Shown: positions 57,881 to 64,000 of the stretch, in pieces
Position numbering within the stretch: the first letter of the stretch is position 1
Layout of the letters: each line of letters begins with the position of its first letter
Origin: Candidatus Limnocylindrales bacterium
GTDB taxonomy: Bacteria; Chloroflexota; Limnocylindria; Limnocylindrales; CSP1-4
Assembly: GCA_050010635.1 (NCBI GenBank)
Contig: JBEKKR010000014.1
Coordinates: forward strand, 2,876 to 66,875
Reading direction: 5' to 3'
DNA: 64,000 nucleotides
Notes under the pieces: model-generated
Seen by the model: only the letters and a program-made list of their open reading frames with translations
The model's database searches: none
Told to the model about the DNA's origin: nothing
Position numbers and translations under genes: made by a program

Positions 57881-58618
57881 TCAGCGGACGGCGGTCCCGA
57901 GCAAGGCGCCGATCCCATAGGTCGTGGCGGCCGCCAGAAGCCCCAACGCCGCTTGCCGAAGACCGGACCGAACTGGCTGGCGGTGAGTGAGTCGACTCAC
58001 GCCCAGCCCGACAAGGAACAGCGCGGCCAGCGTCGCGGCGATGGTCAGCGCAAAGGCCGTGGCTCCGGACAGAAGCAGGAAAGGCGCCAGGGGCACGGAG
58101 GCACCGAGCGCGAAAGCAAGCAGCGAGCCCGCCGCGGCAGCGATTGGGGAGCCCATCGTCTTAGCAGAGAGACCGATCTCATCGCGTACGAAGGTGTCGA
58201 GCGCTCGCTTCGGTTTGGCCAGGAGGCGATCCACGATGAAGTTCGCGTCGCCTCGCGACAGACCTCTCGACTCGTAGATCTCCACCAGGATGGCTCGCTC
58301 CTGGTCGGGCGTATGACGAAGCTGCTGGCGCTGAAGCTCGACCTGGTAGTCGAGGAGCTCGTGCTGCGAACGCACCGAGATGTACTCACCCACGGCCATG
58401 CTGAAGCTCCCCGCCATGAGACCAGCGATGCCGGCCAGGATGACGGTATGGGCGTCACCGGACGACGCACCGGCGACGCCCATGATCAGGCTCACGTTGG
58501 CCACGAGGCCGTCGGTTGCTCCAAACACGGAAGGGCGAAGGACGCTCGAACCGCGCGTCTCGTGGGGACTCGTCGGGGCCGCGAGCAGGGGCCGCAATCC
58601 GGACCGAACGGCACGCAC
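57881..58618 (-). CDS. VIT1/CCC1-family iron/manganese transporter
   Basis: FGATDGLVANVSLIMGVAG...SMAVGEYISVRSQ plus a C-terminal helical bundle. VIT family signature. Confidence 0.85.
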   Translation of the reverse strand: MRAVRSGLRPLLAAPTSPHETRGSSVLRPSVFGATDGLVANVSLIMGVAGASSGDAHTVILAGIAGLMAGSFSMAVGEYISVRSQHELLDYQVELQRQQLRHTPDQERAILVEIYESRGLSRGDANFIVDRLLAKPKRALDTFVRDEIGLSAKTMGSPIAAAAGSLLAFALGASVPLAPFLLLSGATAFALTIAATLAALFLVGLGVSRLTHRQPVRSGLRQAALGLLAAATTYGIGALLGTAVR

Positions 58619-58674
58619 TACGGCTCGAGACGCTGGGGCCCTTGTCAGCGGGATAGTCCACGCTGACCCGTGCG

Positions 58675-59028
58675 CTACTTCCGGGTGCTCCAGTGGTCGG
58701 CCGCCTCTCGCTCCAGGACCGCCAGGCGAGTGTAGTAGTCCGAAAACTCATTCAGGTGGGCGAGCGCGATCTTCCCGGTGGTGATCGAATCGTCTCCGGT
58801 GACGTCGGTCTTAGGGCTTCGCAGCCCGTGCTCGAGCTCGACGTCCAGCCCCTTCCGGAACTGCTCGAGGTCGTACTTCAGCGCCTCGAAGTCCATCCCG
58901 AGTTTAGTCGCGACGGCGAGCGCCTCTTCGCGCGTGAACGATTTCTTTACGGCAGTCGCAGCAGTTCCCACAGCGATCTCCTTCGGCCGATACTTCGTGC
59001 AGACCATCCGTAAGTCATTAATCTTCAT
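58675..59028 (-). CDS. Hypothetical protein (lower-GC gene)
   Basis: 117-aa charged ORF (MKINDLRMVCTKYRPKEIAVGTAATAVKKSF...). GC is visibly lower than the surroundings. Confidence 0.5.
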   Translation of the reverse strand: MKINDLRMVCTKYRPKEIAVGTAATAVKKSFTREEALAVATKLGMDFEALKYDLEQFRKGLDVELEHGLRSPKTDVTGDDSITTGKIALAHLNEFSDYYTRLAVLEREAADHWSTRK

Positions 59029-59057
59029 GCCGTTGCATCAGTCTGGGCTGTATCTGG

Positions 59058-59087
59058 TGCCGGCCACGAGGATGAGAACCCTCCAGC
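59058..59087. repeat. Copy A of a ~30-45-bp direct repeat (TGCCGGCCACGAGGATGAGAACCCTCC)
   Basis: Copy B is at 60452-60481 (TGCCGGCCGCGAGGATGAGAACCCTCC), 1 mismatch in 27 nt. Flanking similarity extends ~15 nt upstream with an indel. Confidence 0.7.
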
Positions 59088-59247
59088 GCGGAAGCTCGCT
59101 GGCGGACCAAACGCTATGGCTCAATCGAGACGACGGCGCGTGCGGGAGGTCGCAGCCCCGTCGCTAGTTGAGGGTTTCGGTTGCGGCCGCCCTAACGGCC
59201 ACGCTTGTCAGGTTTCTGCCGCGCTGAGACCAACTACGCGTTCAGCC

Positions 59248-59634
59248 CTACCGGCGGTGAACCAGGCCCTGATTGCCCCGCTTGCGCGATGCGATCGCGA
59301 TACCCGCCACGAGCGCAGGAGACAGCGCCGCGAGGGTGATAAGACGTGGAGCACCGGCCATCCACAGCCCAGCCCCAACGCCCATGGAGAATGCCATCAG
59401 CAGTTTGAGCCTTGGATCGGACAACTCCTGGAGCATCTTCACTGACTCGGCGGCTCCTTCGGCACCTGCCGACGCGATGCCGGGCAGGCGGGTCCCGACC
59501 TCGTCGGCGACGATGCGGGCACCCGCAACCGCGGCGGCCGCGCCCTCCTGCGCCTTGGACGCTAAATCGGCGGCGGCGTCGATAACGGTCGCGGACATAT
59601 CGCTGCCCACATGACGGGCCTCGGTAGCATTCAT
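59248..59634 (-). CDS. Hypothetical Ala-rich protein
   Basis: 128-aa ORF with an amphipathic Ala-rich N-half and a hydrophobic C-half (LLMAFSMGVGAGLWMAGAPRLITLAALSPALVAGIAIA). Uncertain. Confidence 0.4.
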   Translation of the reverse strand: MNATEARHVGSDMSATVIDAAADLASKAQEGAAAAVAGARIVADEVGTRLPGIASAGAEGAAESVKMLQELSDPRLKLLMAFSMGVGAGLWMAGAPRLITLAALSPALVAGIAIASRKRGNQGLVHRR

Positions 59635-59834
59635 CGTTTGCGCCTCCCGGCGAAATCGGGGACTTGCCGAAGCCCTGCTGCCTCGGCCTGATGCGTGGCC
59701 ATAGAGCCCGAGCCTCCGCGTGCCAGGGCTACGGCTCAGGAGCGCTTGTCGCCGACGTACTCGTCGGAATGGTGCAAGCCCTCCGCATCCGCGGTTGGCG
59801 GTCGGATGCAGAGTGGTTCCGTCGGATCGAACTC

Positions 59835-60098
59835 CTAGACCTGGGCGTTGCGCTGGCCCATGAGCAGCCGGTAGGCCGCGACCACGACGACGCCACCGAT
59901 CACAGCGACGACGATGCTCTCGACATTGACGCCGGTCACGTCAGCGACTCCCAGGACCGTGCCGGCGAGGTAGCCGCCGACGACAGCCCCGACGATGCCC
60001 AGAATGATCGTGGCAATGACGCCTTCCGAGCCGCCCATGATCAGGTTCGTAATGAAGCCGGCGATGGCCCCGAGGACGATCCAAGCGATGATGCCCAT
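59835..60098 (-). CDS. GlsB/YeaQ/YmgE-family stress-response membrane protein (transglycosylase-associated protein family)
   Basis: MGIIAWIVLGAIAGFITNLIMGG...IILGIVGAVVGGYL..., the classic ~85-aa family. Confidence 0.8.
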   Translation of the reverse strand: MGIIAWIVLGAIAGFITNLIMGGSEGVIATIILGIVGAVVGGYLAGTVLGVADVTGVNVESIVVAVIGGVVVVAAYRLLMGQRNAQV

Positions 60099-60195
60099 AG
60101 TGGCAATTCCTTTCGTGGGACGCGGATTGGGGACGAAAGGCGAACAACCCTCGTCCTCCGCGTGAGCTCTAGAGGATGCGCGCCATCCGCATTAG

Positions 60196-60378
60196 TCAGC
60201 GGCTCGACGGCCGTCGGGTGGCGTCTTGAAGATCGCCCAAGCCCTGCTGGGCGCTGCCTTGAACCTGCTTAACCTTGCCCTTGGCTTCCTCGTGCCTGTC
60301 GCCCGTCAACTTACCAAGCCCTTCCTGGACCTGGCCTTTGGCCTTGTTGATGGCGCCCTTGGCGCGCAAGTCGGTCAT
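60196..60378 (-). CDS. CsbD-family general stress protein
   Basis: MTDLRAKGAINKAKGQVQEGLGKLTGDRHEEAKGKVKQVQG... CsbD repeat pattern. Confidence 0.8.
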   Translation of the reverse strand: MTDLRAKGAINKAKGQVQEGLGKLTGDRHEEAKGKVKQVQGSAQQGLGDLQDATRRPSSR

Positions 60379-60417
60379 TTCAGTTGTCCTCTAACAACGT
60401 TTGACTAGCGTTCAGGC

Positions 60418-61218
60418 GTGAATCCTGATGTCCTTCTGTCATCGTGGTCTGGACGGATGCCGGCCGCGAGGATGAGAACCCTCCCGCGTTGTCGGCCGCG
60501 CGAATCCGTTGGCCGAGTTGCTCGACTCGATGGCAGCGAACGCGAGCTCCATCTGCTCGTCGATTATCGGGACGTTCTGATCTCAGATCGAACTGGCCAC
60601 CAGTCTCGCCTACGCTGGTTCCTCGTGGAACTCGGCATTCCAGAGCCCCCAGCGCGCAGGCTCACGGTGCCGGTCGTGCTCGCGGGGATCGACCTCCGAC
60701 TCGCCGGCCGGCTCGAGCCGTGCGCTCGTATCGCCCGAGACCTCGTGGCCCGTATCTCAGAGATGACTCAGGCGATCGATGACCTTGCGCGGCAGATCGG
60801 CGAGCTGACCGAGACGCTCGCGCCGAACCTGATGGGCCTGTTTGGATGTGGTTCGCTAACCGCCGCCAAGCTCGTCGCCGAGACCGCTGGCATCGGTCGC
60901 TTCCGCTCTCGTGCGGCCTATGCATCTCATACCGGGACGGCCCCGATACCAGTCTGGTCGGGCAACGTCGTCCGTCATCGGCTCAGCCGTGGCGGCAACC
61001 GTCAGCTCAACGCCGCCCTACACCGTATCGCCATCACCCAACTCCGATGCCCCAGCCTGGGGCAGGCCTACGTTGCCAAACGCCTCGCCGCCGGCGACAC
61101 CAAGACCGAGGCCATCCGGGCTCTTCGTCGACGACTCAGCGACGAGGTCTTCCGCCGACTACAAGCGGACGAGGCTGCCCGAATCAGCGTCGAGGGAGTG
61201 ACTCGAGCCGCTGCTTGA
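60418..61218 (+). pseudogene. IS110-family transposase, 5'-truncated (lacks the N-terminal DEDD domain)
   Basis: Aligns to the C-terminal two-thirds of IS110 transposases (GSLTAAKLVAETAGIGRF...YASHTGTAPIPVWSGN...GNRQLNAALHRIAITQLR...YVAKRLAAGDTKTEAIRALRRRL). No GIDxSK-type N-terminus is present. Confidence 0.75.
60452..60481. repeat. Copy B of the direct repeat, immediately upstream of the 5'-truncated IS110 transposase
   Basis: See the feature at 59058-59087. Confidence 0.7.
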
Positions 61219-61551
61219 CACAGGAGCAATTGATCGTCGCCGAGGTGAGCCACGAGAGAGTGACCGCGGACCGAGTCTCGAGCGGGACGTTCTGCGCGCT
61301 GCCGGCGAACCGCACAGTAGCTTGGCATCGGCCCCTCACCATCGCCCAGATCTGATGGCGCACCCTCGCTTGAGCCGGGAAGATCGACACATGAGAACCC
61401 AGACGTGCGTCGGAACTTACGCACCTGGCGCCATCGCGACAGCCTTCGACTTGCACCTGGGCAGCGGCCCACGCTCGGGATCCCGAGCGGCATCCGAAGC
61501 CTAAGGACCTGCGGGCGGCCAACGGAAGTCGGGTAGTACGGGCACCGCCCA

Positions 61552-62592
61552 GTGCCAATACTCGAAGAAACGGCGTTGAAAGGCCGGGGGCGGAGGGAGA
61601 TCAGAGCTGTGCGGGGACATCGAACATGGGTCGCGGCCGCGTTTGCCGTGACTTTGATCGCGTCGGGCTGTAGCGGTACCACGGCCACACCGACAGCGAG
61701 CGCTGCCGCCTCGGCGACGGCCGGCGCCAGCGCCACCGCCACTCCGTCGGATACGGCCGGCGCCTCGGCGACCGCCACTGCGAGTCCAACGCCTGCCTCC
61801 GGCGGCACAGCCACCGCATCGCCGACTTCCGCGGTAAGCGGCTTCTATCTTCGGTCGTGGAGTCTCGCGCCCGTCGGGCCGCAGAACTCCTTCGGCAATG
61901 TCCCGACCGTGATCTCCGACGGCCAGCTTCTGTCTGCCAAGTACCCGTCGGGTATGGACCCGTATCCGCTGTATGCGCCGCCCATGCGCCGGACCATCAG
62001 CTCGGCCGGGCTCACCACGATCGTTGCCGAGGCCCAGCACGACGGCTTGCTCGGCACGCTGAACTCGTTTGTGTGCCCGCACGGCGCCGATGACCCGATG
62101 ATGGCCGGAACAGCCACTGATCATCTGGTGCTGATCGTCGCGGGCGTAACCCACGAGACCAGCGCGAGTTGCCCCTACCAGCAGCCCACCCCGGCCCCGG
62201 GCACGCCGGCCCCGGCGACCTGGGCCGCCTTCGAGCATTTCAAGAAGCTGCTCTCCGATCCCTCGAGCTGGCTTGGGGCAGCGGCAGGCCCGGCAACGCC
62301 ATACGACCCATCGCAACTGGCGGTCCTGGCGTTGACCTCGGACACCTCGGGAGGGACCCCGGACCCGGCGAACGTTGTGAAGTGGCCTCTGGCAACGCCG
62401 TTCGCCTCATTCGGGATCGCGTCGTACGGAGACCGCTGCGCGGTGGTCTCGGGGTCGGACGCAGCCGCTCTGCTGGCGGTCGTCAAGGGCGCCTCCGCAA
62501 CCACGATGTTCCGCGACGGTAGCGGGGCGTTCTCGGAACTGATCGTGCGGGTCTTCATGCCGGGCGAGCCCGATCCATGCCAGGCGGGATAG
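61552..62592 (+). CDS. Putative lipoprotein (hypothetical)
   Basis: Lipobox LIASGC, an Ala/Thr/Ser-rich linker, then a globular domain. Start possibly further downstream (GTG ~61609). Confidence 0.55.
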   Translation: MPILEETALKGRGRREIRAVRGHRTWVAAAFAVTLIASGCSGTTATPTASAAASATAGASATATPSDTAGASATATASPTPASGGTATASPTSAVSGFYLRSWSLAPVGPQNSFGNVPTVISDGQLLSAKYPSGMDPYPLYAPPMRRTISSAGLTTIVAEAQHDGLLGTLNSFVCPHGADDPMMAGTATDHLVLIVAGVTHETSASCPYQQPTPAPGTPAPATWAAFEHFKKLLSDPSSWLGAAAGPATPYDPSQLAVLALTSDTSGGTPDPANVVKWPLATPFASFGIASYGDRCAVVSGSDAAALLAVVKGASATTMFRDGSGAFSELIVRVFMPGEPDPCQAG

Positions 62593-62771
62593 CCGCCCGG
62601 GGCTGAGGCGGTCGGTTCGGCGCCCCCGGACGGGTTTACATACCAGCGAACGAGATGGCGCCGACACCGCGCCTGCCTTGTGTCAGGCGGCCCGGAATAG
62701 CCGTTGTCGCTATCGCAGGGATCGTGTCTAGGCGGCACGCCTGACGGTCCTCGATTCTCCGAGTCGGTCGC

Positions 62772-63353
62772 GTGCGTTTCGGCATGTTCGAACGTGTACG
62801 GTTCGACGTGATGCCTTTCGACTTGACCGCACCCAAGGCAACCCCCACCGCAGACGGCCAGTCTCTGTCACGCGCCGCGAGTGTGTCCGACATCCAGGCC
62901 GGCGCATTCGAGGCGGCGTACGCGGCCGCGTGGCTGCCGGTCTTTCGGTTCGCCCTAGCCTGGACGAACGATTGGTCGGCCGCCGAAGACCTGGCGCAGG
63001 AAGCGTTCCTCCGACTCTGGGATCGGCGGGCCGAAGTCGACTGGTCATTGCCGGTCCTACCGTGGCTGCTAGTCACGACCCGCCGTACCGCGACGGATCG
63101 CTTCCGCCGCCTGCGGCGGGCGCTCACGATGCGCGGACCAGCCGAGGTCGCCCCAGGATCTGACGCCCGCCTCGAGTGGCTCGACATTCGGGCCAGCTTC
63201 CGAACGCTCTCGGCTCTTGAGCGTTCGGCCCTGGTACTCACAGCGCTTGAAGACCTCGACGCCGCTGCGGCCGGGGCGATTCTTGGCATCGGGGCGAACG
63301 CTGTACGGTCCGCGGCAAGCCGCGGACGCAGGAAGCTGAAGGACCAACGATGA
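62772..63353 (+). CDS. ECF-family RNA polymerase sigma-70 factor
   Basis: Region 2 (AEDLAQEAFLRLW) and region 4 (LSALERSALVLTALEDLDAAAAGAILGIGANAVRSAASRGRRKL). Start uncertain. Confidence 0.85.
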   Translation: MRFGMFERVRFDVMPFDLTAPKATPTADGQSLSRAASVSDIQAGAFEAAYAAAWLPVFRFALAWTNDWSAAEDLAQEAFLRLWDRRAEVDWSLPVLPWLLVTTRRTATDRFRRLRRALTMRGPAEVAPGSDARLEWLDIRASFRTLSALERSALVLTALEDLDAAAAGAILGIGANAVRSAASRGRRKLKDQR

Positions 63354-64000
63354 ACGAGCATCGAGATGGTTCCGTTCACGCCGATGAGGACGCGCTGCTG
63401 CGTCGCTGGCACGCCGCTTCGTCGCGGTCGCAACCGATCCCGTTGGCCGAGCTGCTCACCGGGAGTCGATCGAGGGGCGGAGGTCGTCGGACCTTCCGGA
63501 AGGTGGCAATAGCCGCTGTCGCGACAGCTGTCGTTATCGGCGGTATCGCCGGCGTCGGGGCTTGGACCAGCCTCCGCTCGCTCTCTGGGTCGAGCAGCTC
63601 TCCGAGTGCCACGGCCCCACCGGGCACACCCTCGCCCGTTCCCACCCAATCGACAGAGCCTCAGTCGTCGCGCCCAACCTCGGAGATCTTGCCGGGACCG
63701 GACCTGGCCCAGCACGAGGCCATCATCCAGATGCATTCGACGCTGGGCGGCGGTTGGCTTCTGACAGGATCAAGGCTCCTCACCATCACCGGCAGACCCG
63801 GCTGGCACGACTGCTGGCGATCGCCCGCCGGCGACGTTACGAGTCCGTATCTCCACGCCGTCGTCGCCGGCGACGTCATCCTTGTCGTCCGCCTCATCTC
63901 CAAGACCACGATGTGGACGAGCATCGACGGATGTGCCAGCTGGGCCGCGAGCGTCCTGCCCATCGCACCGACGGGCGTGGCGTTCCCGACCGAGAGCACC
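63350..64000 (+). CDS. Putative anti-sigma factor, single-TM membrane protein (3' end beyond window)
   Basis: The ATG overlaps the sigma factor stop (ATGA). Cytoplasmic N-domain, then the TM segment VAIAAVATAVVIGGIAGVGAW, then a Ser/Pro-rich extracytoplasmic region. Confidence 0.5.
   Translation, partial: MNEHRDGSVHADEDALLRRWHAASSRSQPIPLAELLTGSRSRGGGRRTFRKVAIAAVATAVVIGGIAGVGAWTSLRSLSGSSSSPSATAPPGTPSPVPTQSTEPQSSRPTSEILPGPDLAQHEAIIQMHSTLGGGWLLTGSRLLTITGRPGWHDCWRSPAGDVTSPYLHAVVAGDVILVVRLISKTTMWTSIDGCASWAASVLPIAPTGVAFPTEST

Noticed and set aside
62636-63736. 366-aa minus-strand ORF over the ECF sigma / anti-sigma pair
   Set aside because: Ser/Arg/Ala-rich low-complexity product. The plus strand carries clear sigma region 2/4 motifs.

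Overview
High-GC (~70%) chromosomal window with monoderm-type features: lipobox lipoproteins, a sortase, a VKOR plus DsbA disulfide system, an F420-type Ddn-like nitroreductase, and a murF-ddl pair outside a dcw cluster. It looks like an actinobacterial or Chloroflexi-like genome, but I cannot assign the taxon from sequence alone. Coding density is high and mostly housekeeping or accessory metabolism: an ECF sigma/anti-sigma pair at each window edge, thiolase plus an ABC exporter, a divergent GT-C / GT2 / flippase-like glycosylation module, a VKOR + 2x DsbA operon, zur-znuACB, ribokinase, tRNA-Asp, threonine aldolase, DUF885, two cyclophilins, a MurF-like ligase with a membrane N-terminus plus Ddl, GH1 beta-glucosidase, an MFS pump, a UvrD-like helicase, a PAS histidine kinase, a DEAD-box helicase, an MmyB-type regulator with an oxidoreductase cluster, and formamidase. 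The most unusual loci are: (i) a ~680-aa secreted protein made of three ~140-aa tandem repeat modules plus a C-terminal papain/C39-like cysteine-peptidase-like domain. It sits beside a sortase and a truncated ABC-2 permease remnant. (ii) A ~9-kb accessory islet (about 52.0-61.3 kb) peppered with IS110-family material: one intact IS with 30-bp imperfect terminal inverted repeats and two decayed copies. The islet carries an atypical NRAMP-family transporter (DPSG / SPY instead of DPGN / MPH metal-site motifs), a VIT1 transporter, duplicated MBL-fold genes (one truncated), a nitroreductase and small general-stress genes (CsbD, YmgE-like). (iii) Two low-GC gaps without convincing ORFs (23.36-23.73 kb with UUCG-capped hairpins; 49.45-50.63 kb). 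No CRISPR array and no rRNA were found. Many long ORFs in the six-frame track are antisense or GC-driven artefacts and are rejected below.
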